A DNA stretch of 63,733 bases, counting the filler, from Sphingomonadaceae bacterium (GTDB lineage Bacteria; Chloroflexota; UBA6077): assembly GCA_050261575.1 (NCBI GenBank). It is 8 parts of 8 records of this genome, joined end to end, with 100 filler letters (N's around TTAATTAATTAA, not from the genome) between each part and the next. Parts side by side here need not be neighbours in the genome. Positions count along the whole stretch, not along the records: positions 1 to 14,613 come from JBLNDL010000054.1; positions 14,714 to 24,906 come from JBLNDL010000055.1; 6 more parts are not named here. One strand, written 5' to 3'. The notes below the pieces were generated by a model. It was not told where the DNA came from, made no database searches, and was given only the letters and a program-made list of their open reading frames with translations. Shown here piece after piece: positions 8,053 to 17,940 of the stretch; within the stretch, counting starts at the first letter, position 1, and each line of letters starts with the position of its first letter. A program made the translations under genes and the position numbers.

Positions 8053-10958
8053 CCCCTACCTGACGCCGGCCGGCCCGGCGAGCCGACACTCTGCCATCCC
8101 TTCCTCATCACGGTAGGGAGCAGCAGTCTGTCCTGGAGTTCGGCCGGATCGTCTCGCCCGGCCCGACCGAGATGCAGTACCGCGTCCGGCAGGGGGGCGC
8201 CGTACAGCGAGTCGACGACGCTTCGGAGACGGGAGGCGATAGCCGAGCGCCTCAGCTTGAGATTCGCCGTTAGATCGCCCCCTTCGATCGAGAGGTCGTC
8301 TCTCAACAGCACCCAGGACTTCACCTGTTCCGGGTGGGAGAGCTGGGCGTTCACCTCCCCCACGGCACGGTCGAGAGTCTCGGCCCCATGCCGGCCGGCG
8401 TGGCCGCTCTCGGTCTCCCTGGTCCAGAGCAGCGCGCCACAGTAGGGGCGACCCTCCCCCACCAGCATCGCCTCGGCTATGCCCGGTATCTCTCGGAGCA
8501 TCGCTTCGACCTTCGCCGGATGGATCTTCTTGCCGTAGGAGGTGGCGATGATCTCCTTCTTGCGACCGCGGAGGAGCAGACTGCCCTCCTCGGTCAACTG
8601 CCCCAAGTCGCCGGTGAGGAGCCAGCCATCGTGGAAGGGCTGCCGGACCCCCTCGTCGAAGTAGCCCGGGGTCACCTGAGGGCCCCGGAGCATCACCTCC
8701 CCATCTTCGGCAATGCGCACCTCGGTCTCTGGGAGCAGTTCGCCCACCGTCCCCAGCCGGTTGCGGCCCAGCCGATTGATCGTGACCAGGGGCGCTTCGG
8801 TGAGGCCGTAGGCGTTGTGCACCTCGACCCCGATCTCCCTGAGGTCCCGAAGCAGTTCCTCGCTCGTATGCCCGGACCCGACGATGAGCTGCGTGCAGCG
8901 GTCGAGGCCGGCGCGCCTCAGCAGCGTCCACCGGACCAGCGGCCTGAGCGCCCATTTCAGCGGGCCATTCGACCCCTCCAGGCAGTAGCGGCCCGGCCGG
9001 GTTCGATGCACAGCCTCGTGGAGCTTCTCGTAGAAGCGGGTGACGGAGAAGAGCACCGTGGGCCTGACCTTGGGCAGCGCCTGCTGGATGTCCCGGAACT
9101 CCTCGAGGAAGTAGATGTCGACCGGGGCGGGCATGTAGTAGGGCGAGTACATCGCCAGGATGCCCTCGACCACGTGGTTCAGCGGCAGGTAGGAAAGGTA
9201 GGTGGCCCTGCGGTTTCTGACCGCCCAGGGGAACAGCGAGCAGAGGGTCTCGCCCATCCACCGGAGCTGCGCCTGCGTGAAGGTGACCCCCTTGGGCGGG
9301 CCGGTGGTGCCGGAGGTGTACCGGATTGTGGCGAGGTCGGCGGGTGCCACCGCCGCGGGTGCGGGATGGTCGGTACCCTCCCCGAGCGCCAGGAACTCGT
9401 CCCACGGCAGGACCCTACGATGCAGGGAGGGAGGAAGCGGGCCGCGGCAGAAGGAGACGATCGGACGCTGGTAGTCGATCTCCGCCAGCCGCTCCAGCAG
9501 TCTGGGTGCGCCGACGAACAGGGCACGCGCCCCGCTGGCACGGAGGATCTCGCCGATCTCGGCCGGGGGGCTGGTGTAGTACAGGGGGACGCTGACCGCG
9601 TCCGCGAGGCCGATGGCGGCATCGAGAGCAAGGTAGCGCGTGCTGTTCAGCCCAACCACCGCGACCCGCTCGCCCGGGCCGACGCCCAGGGCACGCAGTG
9701 CGCCGGTGGCGCGCAGGATCTCCCGCCGCACCTCGGCAGCGGGTCGGGGCACGATCTCGCCCGCGATAACGTCGTGGTACGTCACCGGCCGGCTTGGGCT
9801 CGACAGCCTGAAGAGCAACTGCTCGTGAACCGTCCGGCCCGACCGATGCAGGAACCCGGCGTAGACCGCGTACTCCAGGATGGGTGGCAGCAACTCGCGC
9901 CAATTCAACTCGCAGGTGCCAAGCAGCCTGTCCAGGTTGTCGCGACGAAACTCCCGGTGCTCGGCGAAGTAGGGAGCCAGGGCGGCGAAAGCGCGGAGCG
10001 TGTCTCCTCTCTCTCCGGCGATCGCCCGAAGCATATGGCAGCACCACCTGATCGCACGCGGCCCCATGGGCAGCAGGAGGGGGCGCGGAAGGCGCACGCC
10101 GAGCTTCTCGGCGGCCCACTCGCGCACGAAGCTGATCAGCTCGCCGGCTGTCGGCAGTGACTCCGGCGGCATCGCCAGGTGGAAGGTGAGACCGGCGGCC
10201 CGTGGCTCGAAGGTGAGCCGCGCGACCGATTCGGCCACGTAGTCCACCGGGACGAGGTTGACGCGCATCGCCGGGTCCACCGGGAGGACCCGCAGCCGGC
10301 CGGTGAGGCAGAGACGGAGGGGGTAGTACAGCGTGTTGAAGGTCTTGACGGCGCCCGTGCGAGAGTCGCCGACGACCATGCCCGGCCGGAATACCGAGGC
10401 CGGCAGCTCTTCCTTGGCTGCCTGGACCAGCAGCTCGCCCTCGTACTTGCTCTGCTCGTAGTTGCTGGCGAAGCCGTGCTCGGCGGTAAGGGCGTCCTCC
10501 GGGACAGCCCCGGCGCGGTTGCCCGCCACATAGGCGGTGGAGAGGTGGGAGAAGCGCCTGAGACCGTGGTCCCGGTGGGCGGCACGCGCCAGTTCAAGCA
10601 GGTTCGCCGTCCCGAAAACGTTCGTCTTCCGGAGCGCATTCAGGGGCGCATCGAGGCGCAGGTCCGCCGCGGCGTGCACGATGTGGGTGACCTGCTGCAC
10701 AAGCTTCGCGTAGACGTCGTCCGGGAGGCCAAGCCGAACTCTGGAGATATCTCCCGGGAGAGGCTGGACCCTGCCCCCGATGGCGCTTGCCAGTTCCGGT
10801 TGGTCCCACCACTCCCGGATCAGCCGGTGCGATGCCGCCTCGCCGTCCTCCGCTCGGACGAGGGCGATGGCCGTGTGGTCGGTCTCGCCCAGGATCCACC
10901 GCGCCACCCGGGCGCCGATGAAGCCTGTGGCGCCCGTCAACAGCACCACGCCGCTCAT
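8049..10958 (-). CDS. Fusion of an N-terminal NAD_binding_4 (acyl-CoA/thioester reductase) domain and a C-terminal AMP-binding acyl-CoA synthetase domain
   Basis: LLTGATGFIG, STAYVAG, YEQSK; then YTSGTTGPPKG, AYGLTE, TGDLG, GRKKE. True start is ATG 10958 (ATGA overlap with the upstream gene). Confidence 0.88.
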   Translation of the reverse strand: MSGVVLLTGATGFIGARVARWILGETDHTAIALVRAEDGEAASHRLIREWWDQPELASAIGGRVQPLPGDISRVRLGLPDDVYAKLVQQVTHIVHAAADLRLDAPLNALRKTNVFGTANLLELARAAHRDHGLRRFSHLSTAYVAGNRAGAVPEDALTAEHGFASNYEQSKYEGELLVQAAKEELPASVFRPGMVVGDSRTGAVKTFNTLYYPLRLCLTGRLRVLPVDPAMRVNLVPVDYVAESVARLTFEPRAAGLTFHLAMPPESLPTAGELISFVREWAAEKLGVRLPRPLLLPMGPRAIRWCCHMLRAIAGERGDTLRAFAALAPYFAEHREFRRDNLDRLLGTCELNWRELLPPILEYAVYAGFLHRSGRTVHEQLLFRLSSPSRPVTYHDVIAGEIVPRPAAEVRREILRATGALRALGVGPGERVAVVGLNSTRYLALDAAIGLADAVSVPLYYTSPPAEIGEILRASGARALFVGAPRLLERLAEIDYQRPIVSFCRGPLPPSLHRRVLPWDEFLALGEGTDHPAPAAVAPADLATIRYTSGTTGPPKGVTFTQAQLRWMGETLCSLFPWAVRNRRATYLSYLPLNHVVEGILAMYSPYYMPAPVDIYFLEEFRDIQQALPKVRPTVLFSVTRFYEKLHEAVHRTRPGRYCLEGSNGPLKWALRPLVRWTLLRRAGLDRCTQLIVGSGHTSEELLRDLREIGVEVHNAYGLTEAPLVTINRLGRNRLGTVGELLPETEVRIAEDGEVMLRGPQVTPGYFDEGVRQPFHDGWLLTGDLGQLTEEGSLLLRGRKKEIIATSYGKKIHPAKVEAMLREIPGIAEAMLVGEGRPYCGALLWTRETESGHAGRHGAETLDRAVGEVNAQLSHPEQVKSWVLLRDDLSIEGGDLTANLKLRRSAIASRLRSVVDSLYGAPLPDAVLHLGRAGRDDPAELQDRLLLPTVMRKGWQSVGSPGRPASGRG

Positions 10959-12298
10959 GCCACCGCCTCGCTTTCTCGTGCCGTGGCCGGTGCCGGCCGT
11001 CTGATGGCGAGCGGCACTCTGGACGGCAGGTGGCTTGCGACGAAGGCTCGCAGCAGCTTGCGGTTGCGTTGGGCCCTGGCCAGGTGGTGCTCGTAGCCCC
11101 GGCGCAGCCTCTCTGCGACGATGCCCGGATCTGCAAGTAGCCTCTCCACCCGCTCCTCCAGGGCCTCGAACGCTGCTGGCGAGCGCGACTCGACGAAGAA
11201 GTCGTCGCGCAGGCCCAGATCGCGGTAGAGGGTGTCGAGCCTGCGGTCGTGGCCGATCGCCACCTGCGGCACCCGCGCGGCCAGCGAGAGCACCCCGGCG
11301 TGGAAGCGCGAGGTCACCAGCAGGTCGAGGCTCCGCAGGAGGGCGGTCATCTGGGAGGCGTCGTGCTTGCGGGACGAGAAGACCCGTGCGTGGTCGGCGT
11401 GCGCCATCCGACGTTGGATCTCGGTGGCGAGCGGCTCGTCCACCTGCTCCATGCAGATCAGGGCGACGGCCCTGCCGTGCCTCTCGACGATGTGCTCGGC
11501 AAGGGAGGCGTAGCCCGTGGCCAGCTCGATGCTGGCCCGGCGGCGCTCCGGCGAGCGCGAGAAGTAGAACGGCCAGCGGTAACAATCCTCCCTGCGTCCC
11601 CACGGTCTGGCAACGACCGGCCAAAGGTGGAAGTCTACCGCCGCGATCCCGACGATGCCCTCGGCGGCCAGGGGCCAATCGCGCAGGACCCAGCCCTCGT
11701 CCGTCTCGGAAGGGCTGAAGTTGAAGGCGTTGTCGGCGGTCGCCTCCAGGGGGGCGGACACCTGCCAGGATCGGAGTCGGTCGGCGGCTGCCTGGCTCCT
11801 CGCGACTATCAGCTTCGTCCGGCTCGCCACGAGGCGGACGAGACGGCGGTTGAAGGGGGAGAGGTCCCCGGCGTCCACCGCATAGGCCAGGCAGGGCTTG
11901 CCCAGGCTGTGGGCGCACCAGGTCGTCCAGAGGAAGGCCCAGAGGAGCGGCGAGCCCCAACTGTCCATGTAGGTGCTGCCTTCGACGAGGAGTACCAGGT
12001 CATGCTCGGCCACCAGCCTCCGAACGGTGGCGGGGAAGACTGTCGGGAGCTTGGCGATCCGGAGGCGCGGCCCCTCCTGGATATACCGGCGCAGGTTAGC
12101 CGGTTCGAGAGCGGGCACCGTGATCTGCGCGTCGGGCCCCACCACGGCGCGCACGTCCTGGATGTCGGACAGCAGAAGCGCCTCTGCCCCGGTGTTGTTG
12201 GCGCCGTTGTAGCCGACCAGAAGCACGTTCAGCGGGCTTGCGATCGCATCTCCCTCGCCCTTGGGGACTGTAGGATCGATAGAGGGCGACAGTGCCAT
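10955..12298 (-). CDS. Polysaccharide pyruvyl transferase family protein (CsaB/WcaK-like)
   Basis: GYNGANNTGAEALL, IVARS, ADNAF, LVTSRFHAGVLS motifs; AAGGGAG RBS. Confidence 0.8.
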   Translation of the reverse strand: MALSPSIDPTVPKGEGDAIASPLNVLLVGYNGANNTGAEALLLSDIQDVRAVVGPDAQITVPALEPANLRRYIQEGPRLRIAKLPTVFPATVRRLVAEHDLVLLVEGSTYMDSWGSPLLWAFLWTTWCAHSLGKPCLAYAVDAGDLSPFNRRLVRLVASRTKLIVARSQAAADRLRSWQVSAPLEATADNAFNFSPSETDEGWVLRDWPLAAEGIVGIAAVDFHLWPVVARPWGRREDCYRWPFYFSRSPERRRASIELATGYASLAEHIVERHGRAVALICMEQVDEPLATEIQRRMAHADHARVFSSRKHDASQMTALLRSLDLLVTSRFHAGVLSLAARVPQVAIGHDRRLDTLYRDLGLRDDFFVESRSPAAFEALEERVERLLADPGIVAERLRRGYEHHLARAQRNRKLLRAFVASHLPSRVPLAIRRPAPATARESEAVA

Positions 12299-12662
12299 CT
12301 GCCTGACTCCCTTCTAGTCTGTCTGAATGCCGTGTTTCCAGCAGCCATGGGATCCGATCGGCGCCATCATGCCCCATGCGTGCGGCGGGTGCATCGGAGG
12401 AATCGTTGGCTGCACCCTGAACAAAGGTATGAGCCTCTTGGGTGCGCAAGCGCGACATTTGTCACCGGCAGTTCGTCCGAAAAGCGTAGTCCGAATCAAC
12501 CTGCCGTAGGTAGCCTTCCCTGTCGGGTCTCACTACGATGATGGCCGAACCAAATACATGATGCTGGGTCATGCGGGTGCCGCGCACGGGGATGCGGCTG
12601 AGGGTGCATATCGGTCGTCGGGTTTTCCGCTTGTTCTGATTCGTTTGGTTGAGGAGGTAGGG

Positions 12663-13625
12663 ATGGGGATCACGAGCGACAGGATAGTGGTGATCACCGG
12701 GGCCAATTCCGGCATAGGCAGGGCGGCGGCACTCAGGTTTGCCAGGGAAGGGTACAGGGTCGTCATGGCCTGCCGCGATCTCGGGAGGAGCAGGATCGCA
12801 CAGAAGGAGTTGATCGAGCTGTCGGGAAACCCCGGCGTGGATCTGCTCGAGGTCGATCTATCTTCCTTCGAGTCGATCAGGCGGTTCTGCTCGGCGCTCG
12901 AGGCGAAGTATGAGAAGCTGGATATACTGATCCACAACGCCGGTTACTTCCGGCATGGCGAGAGACGCTACCAACTCAGCCCCGACGGTATCGAGCTATC
13001 GTTCGCCACCAATGCATTTGGGCCGTTCCTAATGACCCAACTGTTGGTGGATATGCTCAAGGGATCGGACGATGCGCGGGTCCTCAACGCTTGCACCACC
13101 AACATCAGACACTTCTTCGATCCGAAACGGAAGATAGACTTCGACAACCTGCGGGGGGAGTATGCGGTCGGCAGGCCCTACAACAGCTACAAGCTGTACG
13201 GCGACTCGAAGATGGCGTTGCTGATGCTGACTTTCAAGATGGCGGATCAGTTGAAGGGTGACGGCATCAAGGTCAACGCGGTTCAGATCCCGGCGATAAA
13301 GCTGTCGAAGGAGACTATGCGCAAGTTCAAGTCGGTGTGGAGGATCGCCGCGGCAGTCCAGAACATCTTCAGTGCGCCGCCGGAGACCATGGCGGACAGC
13401 TACTATCACATATGCACCTCTCGGGAATTCGGAGCTGTTACGGGGAGGCTCATCAACGACAGGCGGGGGATCATGCAGCCGTCGTACTACGCCGATGGGT
13501 TCATACAGGGAGTGAGGCAGCTTTCCGACAAGTGTGTCTACCCCCGATATGCCGACGATGCCGGCAATCTGGAGAGGGTGTGGAGACTGGCGGTTGAGTT
13601 GACCGGCGTCGGGGCGCGGGCTTGA
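12663..13625 (+). CDS. SDR family oxidoreductase (retinol dehydrogenase/WWOX-like)
   Basis: ITGANSGIG, HNAG, YGDSK; GAGGAGG RBS before ATG 12663. Confidence 0.88.
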   Translation: MGITSDRIVVITGANSGIGRAAALRFAREGYRVVMACRDLGRSRIAQKELIELSGNPGVDLLEVDLSSFESIRRFCSALEAKYEKLDILIHNAGYFRHGERRYQLSPDGIELSFATNAFGPFLMTQLLVDMLKGSDDARVLNACTTNIRHFFDPKRKIDFDNLRGEYAVGRPYNSYKLYGDSKMALLMLTFKMADQLKGDGIKVNAVQIPAIKLSKETMRKFKSVWRIAAAVQNIFSAPPETMADSYYHICTSREFGAVTGRLINDRRGIMQPSYYADGFIQGVRQLSDKCVYPRYADDAGNLERVWRLAVELTGVGARA

Positions 13626-13706
13626 GTGGCCGTTGGGGGCGTCGGCGGCTGCGTGGCAACCTCCTGCTACCTTCTCCAAGGCCCACGATCCACGGCGAGT
13701 CGGCGA

Positions 13707-14153
13707 TCAGGTCGTTAGCCGCCGCAGGGTCTGCTCGACCCGCCGCGCCCGCGTCTCCGGCCGTTTCGCCTCGATGATCCACTCTGCGTACTCCCTGCGA
13801 TGGGAGTAGGACAGCCGGTCGAAGGCTGCCTGAGCGGCGGGGTTTGCGGCCAGCGCGCGTCCGAGCTCCTCTGGCAGCTCCACGGTGCGCGGCTGATCGT
13901 CCAGGGTGATGCTTACCTCTACCGTCTCCCCCTGCTTGATGCCCGCTGCCTCCCGGACCTGGCGGCGCACCGGCAGGTAGAACTTGCCGCCGTAGGTGGC
14001 CACCGTCGTTCGATAGCTATACCCGTTGAGTGTGACCGCGACCGGCGGGCGTTTCCCCTTGCCCAGTGCCGTGACTACCTCTGTAGGGACGGTGATGAAC
14101 ACCGCGGCGTCGCCATCCGTCTCCAACGTGGCCTCGAAGCAGTGTGTCGGCAT
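13707..14153 (-). CDS. DUF1905 + YdeI/OmpD-associated (OmdA) domain protein
   Basis: PVAVTLNGYSYRTT...VELPEEL..AFDRLSYSHRREYAEWIIEAKRPETRARR. Confidence 0.85.
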   Translation of the reverse strand: MPTHCFEATLETDGDAAVFITVPTEVVTALGKGKRPPVAVTLNGYSYRTTVATYGGKFYLPVRRQVREAAGIKQGETVEVSITLDDQPRTVELPEELGRALAANPAAQAAFDRLSYSHRREYAEWIIEAKRPETRARRVEQTLRRLTT

Positions 14154-14613
14154 CAGGTGAACCTACCTGGCGTCTCTGTGATGGGTGCGCAAGGTGGGGG
14201 CTCGCCCTTCGTGCCCGAGTCGGGCGGCATCCAGCAGCCGACGGACGAGCCGCTCGGGGTGGGCCGGCCGAGGGGAGGCTGCTACTAGAGCCCTGCTGGA
14301 GTCTAGCACGTGGCGGCGCATGAGGCCACTTGGTATGGGTGTGCCCCCTCTGCAAATCGCCATCGCCGAGGAGATGCCGGGGGGATATCAGAGGCTTCCA
14401 GTCCTGTTGAATGTTGCCATCCTGATCCGCCATTCGGGGGATGGCACACGGAGTGCGGCGCGTGAGTGCCGAGCAGGGGCGAGGGGTAAGCAGTATTAGA
14501 TAGTGCTATGGCTGGCAGGACTTGGGAGAAGTGGTGCAGCTTGTGCTCGTCCTGGCGCGCGATTGATATGATGACTGTACAGCAATATGGCAGTCTCTGC
14601 TCTGCCGTGGCCG

Positions 14614-14713
14614 NNNNNNNNNNNNNNNNNNNNNNNNNNNNNNNNNNNNNNNNNNNNTTAATTAATTAANNNNNNNNNNNNNNNNNNNNNNNNNNNNNNN
14701 NNNNNNNNNNNNN
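14614..14713. other. Artificial contig linker
   Basis: N44-TTAATTAATTAA-N44, with stops in all six frames. Confidence 0.98.
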
Positions 14714-14775
14714 CGCTGCGCGCGGCCCTCTCCCTGGACCCGTTCCTGCGTCCCCGGCCGCGCGGAGGTTCGGGA

Positions 14776-15675
14776 ATGCTACGCCATCTCGGCTACGTCG
14801 GGCAGAACCTGTCGCTGGGGATCACCACCGGCAGGGGGGCGACATTGCGGAACGCCACCCCCGACCGGCTGCGCGCCCTGACCCTGGAGAACCTCACCGC
14901 CCTGGCGGAGATCCTCGCCTTCAACGCCAGGGAGCGGATCTACCTCTTCCGCATCTCCAGTCGAATCGTGCCCCTTGCCTCCCACCCCGTCAACCGCCTG
15001 GAGTGGTGGCGCGAGTTCTCCACCGAGCTGGCGGAGTTGGGACGCTTCGTTCGTGTCAATGGGATGAGGGTGAGCATGCACCCCGGACAGTTCACCCTGC
15101 TGAACTCGCCGGACCCACGAATCCGGGAGGCGTCGCTCCGGGACCTCGAGTGGCACGCCCGATTCCTCGACAGCCTCGGAACGGGTCCCGATCACAAGAT
15201 AGTCGTCCACGTGGGCGGCACCTACCGCGACAAGTCGGGCGCGGCTGATCGCTTCGTGGAGTGCTACCGCCGACTGCCGGAGCGGATCAGCCGCCGCCTC
15301 GTGCTGGAGAACGACGAGCGGAGCTACAGCGCCGAGGACGTGCTGGCCATCTCGGAGCGCACCGGGATTCCTGTGGTGTTCGACTGGCTCCACCACGCCG
15401 CGAACCCCGGCGCGGCGTGCCCTCTCCGCGACATCGTGGAGCGCTGCTTCGCCACCTGGCACGAGCGAGACGGCCTGCCCAAGGTCCACTTCTCCTCCCA
15501 GGCCCCGGGCAGGCGCCCGGGCGCCCACTCCGATTACGTGGATTGGGCGGAGTTCGTCGCCTTCTACGCGCGGGTGAAGGACCTGGACTTCGACTGCATG
15601 CTGGAGGCGAAAGCGAAGGATCTGGCCCTGCTGCGGCTGCGAGCACAGCTTGGCCGGATGCCGCTGGCGGCCTGA
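14776..15675 (+). CDS. uvsE: UV DNA damage endonuclease
   Basis: LFRISS..PLASHP, SMHPGQFTLLNSP, IVVHVGG, LEND, FDWLHH, KVHFSS, HSDY, MLEAKAKD. Confidence 0.93.
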   Translation: MLRHLGYVGQNLSLGITTGRGATLRNATPDRLRALTLENLTALAEILAFNARERIYLFRISSRIVPLASHPVNRLEWWREFSTELAELGRFVRVNGMRVSMHPGQFTLLNSPDPRIREASLRDLEWHARFLDSLGTGPDHKIVVHVGGTYRDKSGAADRFVECYRRLPERISRRLVLENDERSYSAEDVLAISERTGIPVVFDWLHHAANPGAACPLRDIVERCFATWHERDGLPKVHFSSQAPGRRPGAHSDYVDWAEFVAFYARVKDLDFDCMLEAKAKDLALLRLRAQLGRMPLAA

Positions 15676-15829
15676 CCCCCTGCCCGGCCGCACGCAGCCG
15701 CCGCGCCGACCGCGCACTTCCACCTCCCGCGGCTCGGCCACCGCCACGCGAAGAGGGGAGGGGGTCGTTACCCCCCTCCCCTCCGCGCGAATGGCTATCC
15801 GCCGGTTCCGGCTAGTGGGGTCCCGGCGC

Positions 15830-16444
15830 CTACGACTCCCCGACCATGCCCCTCGAGCCCACGTAAGCTCCTGCCAGGGCAGCTATGTAGCTGAGAACCA
15901 GGAAGACGAAGGTCCACACCGCAGTGGTTTGGGCCGTAGCCACTGCCTGACCCGGGGGGACGGTTGGCGGAGTGGGTCCGAAGGCGCTCACCAGCGTGCC
16001 CAACGCACCGGCTATCCCGAGTGACGCGAGCAGCACCGTGAGCACCACACCCAAGGCCCAGACCATGGACCCGATGATGAAGGCCGAGGGAACGGTCCCC
16101 CGATAGGAGGAGGTCCTCCCGGCCACGTAGCCGCCCACGAAGTAGGCGACAAGCAGGATTATGGCGGTCCATATCGCCGCCCCCGTGGTGATGCCGCCGG
16201 GCGCGGTCGGGTCGACCGCCGCCAACCCGATAGCCAGCCCCAAGGCAGCCAAGAGGATCAGGGTAGCGAAGCCCCCGATCACGCCGGCCCAAACCGGCCC
16301 CCAATGGATAAGATCACGCATTCCGAAAGCCCGGGGCTCAACGCCGAACGCCTCGCGCTCGCGCTCGCGCTCCACGGGCTCCAGATGCGCCTCCCGGCGC
16401 TCCGGCTCCTCGTGGCGCTCGTGCTCCCTCCTTCGAGCCTCCAT
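15830..16444 (-). CDS. Membrane protein with a charged N-terminus (IHWGPVWAG motif)
   Basis: AGGAGG RBS; four hydrophobic segments. Confidence 0.75.
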   Translation of the reverse strand: MEARRREHERHEEPERREAHLEPVEREREREAFGVEPRAFGMRDLIHWGPVWAGVIGGFATLILLAALGLAIGLAAVDPTAPGGITTGAAIWTAIILLVAYFVGGYVAGRTSSYRGTVPSAFIIGSMVWALGVVLTVLLASLGIAGALGTLVSAFGPTPPTVPPGQAVATAQTTAVWTFVFLVLSYIAALAGAYVGSRGMVGES

Positions 16445-16528
16445 CGTTGTCTACCTCCTGTCTCCACTCGTGCAGTCGACAGTGAGTCGGACGTGGCTGC
16501 GGCGCACCGCCGCAGGGCCTGGGAGATG

Positions 16529-16543
16529 GCATTCCCCGTGCCA
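16529..16543 (-). promoter_or_regulatory. Putative sigma-54 promoter
   Basis: TGGCACGGGGAATGC, ~85 nt upstream of ATG 16444. Confidence 0.55.
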
Positions 16544-16794
16544 GCAGCACGCCCAGAGGGGTGGGTGGTGCGTGGCCCCCGAGTCGGGAGGGATGCACCA
16601 AACGGTCCGCCCGGCAAGTCCGGTGCGACCGCCACCTTGGGTGCTCGAGCCGGGCACCTAACCCCACCCCAAGCCCGACATGCAGAGGGAGGCCACCGCG
16701 GCCGTGGAGGCCGGTCCTTGGAGGTGGCGGAAGCCGGGCCTGCAATTCGGTTGGCATCGACCCTTCCGGCCAACCTACCGAGGGGAAAGCGGGC

Positions 16795-16828
16795 ACAAAG
16801 AACGGGCTCAGGAGTGGATCCCAAGCCC
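16795..16828 (-). terminator. Intrinsic terminator of the tRNA gene
   Basis: GGGCTTGGGA-TCCAC-TCCTGAGCCC hairpin followed by GTTCTTTGT. Confidence 0.7.
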
Positions 16829-16835
16829 TTCTGTC

Positions 16836-16910
16836 TGGTGGACCTGGGCGGATTCGAACCGCCGACCTTCCGGATGCGAACCGGACGCTCTCCCACTGAG
16901 CCACAGGCCC
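16836..16910 (-). tRNA. tRNA-Ala (anticodon CGC)
   Basis: 75-nt cloverleaf GGGCCTG...CAGGTCCACCA with G3:U70 Ala identity pair, anticodon arm TCCGG-TTCGCAT-CCGGA, GGTTCGAAT T-loop and encoded CCA. Confidence 0.97.
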
Positions 16911-16930
16911 GTACGTCGCGCGCACTGCTT

Positions 16931-16960
16931 AGTATAACACGCGCCCCGCGCCCGACACAA
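16931..16960 (-). promoter_or_regulatory. Sigma-70-type promoter of tRNA-Ala
   Basis: TTGTGT-N18-TATACT with an extended TG. Confidence 0.6.
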
Positions 16961-17007
16961 TGTCCGAGCGCGGAGCGTCCTACCCGCGCGGTGGCCGGCC
17001 GCGGACC

Positions 17008-17589
17008 CTACCCCCTCGGCTTCAGCCAGCTCTCGGCCCAGGCGAGGCAGCAGCTAGTCGCCTCCCTGCCCCCACGCTCCATCGGCACTGGCCTCCCGGC
17101 GGCCACCCGCCCGCCCAGCGTCAACTGCGCGCGGCGCGCCGGAAAGAACACGCTGTACACGCTCAAGGTCCGACCCTGCACCCCCGCCGGATGGTTGAAC
17201 AGGAACGGCTCCATGAAATCGTACCAGGTCAGCACCACGTCCCCATCCTCCGAAACCACCCGCTCAGCAACGAAGGAGTGGATGCTCCCCTCCCGCTGGA
17301 AGGTGGCGTCCACCACAGGGAGGCTGGTGTCCGCGAAAGGCGCGTGCAGTTGCACCTCTATCTCCTCCTGCAGCCGACGCGCCAGGGCAATGTTGTCCGC
17401 GTAGACCACGACCCGATTCTCGGTCAACTCGCTCTGCAGAAACAGCACGTGGCCGGGACCCTCGGGGGAGAAGAGCACGCGCCAGTGACTTGCCCGAGTC
17501 GAGAAGCCGCCACCCTCTCGCTCGGCCAGCCGGATGAAGGAGTTCTCGCCCACGATACGGATTTCCTGCGGGTCTACGATGATGCTCAC
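17008..17589 (-). CDS. Hypothetical protein
   Basis: GAGGAGG RBS before GTG 17589; globular beta-rich composition (GENSFIRL, ASHWRVLFSP, LAWAESW). Confidence 0.7.
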   Translation of the reverse strand: MSIIVDPQEIRIVGENSFIRLAEREGGGFSTRASHWRVLFSPEGPGHVLFLQSELTENRVVVYADNIALARRLQEEIEVQLHAPFADTSLPVVDATFQREGSIHSFVAERVVSEDGDVVLTWYDFMEPFLFNHPAGVQGRTLSVYSVFFPARRAQLTLGGRVAAGRPVPMERGGREATSCCLAWAESWLKPRG

Positions 17590-17801
17590 GCTTCCCACCC
17601 TCCTCACGAGTTGCTGCAAGCGCCCAGCACCGGATTCCCTGCCCCGCTTCGTCGAAGGGCCGGATCGGACGTCTACGGCCGGCGGCTCCGATGGAGCCGT
17701 CGATCGATTATAGCCAGGACCAAACCCGTGCAACAACCTGCTTCCTGCACTTCCTCTAGCATCTCCGCCGACGCCTCGCCGCGACGGGATCGACGACTGA
17801 C

Positions 17802-17816
17802 TGGCACTCTTCTTGC
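17802..17816 (+). promoter_or_regulatory. Putative sigma-54 promoter
   Basis: TGGCACTCTTCTTGC matches TGGCAC-N5-TTGC exactly; upstream of the L,D-transpeptidase. Confidence 0.65.
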
Positions 17817-17940
17817 TCCCCTACCCCGACTTTCGCGAGCCTGTGTCGGAGGGACGCCGCGGCGGCGTCCCTCCCGTCGAGAGAGAGCACTCTCCCCGCC
17901 GGTCCCAGAGCAGGGCCGCGGGCCAAAGGAGGCAGTTGAG

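Noticed and set aside
10959..11960. N-terminal ~334-aa extension of the 1303-aa ORF
   Set aside because: An Arg/Pro/Gly-rich off-frame read of the pyruvyltransferase gene; the real start is ATG 10958 with an ATGA overlap.
14160..14613. Possible gene remnant and a sigma-54-like motif (14442-14456) at the contig end
   Set aside because: No recognisable protein motif, and any downstream target is lost in the gap.
16836..16910. tRNA-Ala as a possible integration site
   Set aside because: No integrase and no duplicated tRNA 3' end were seen in this contig.
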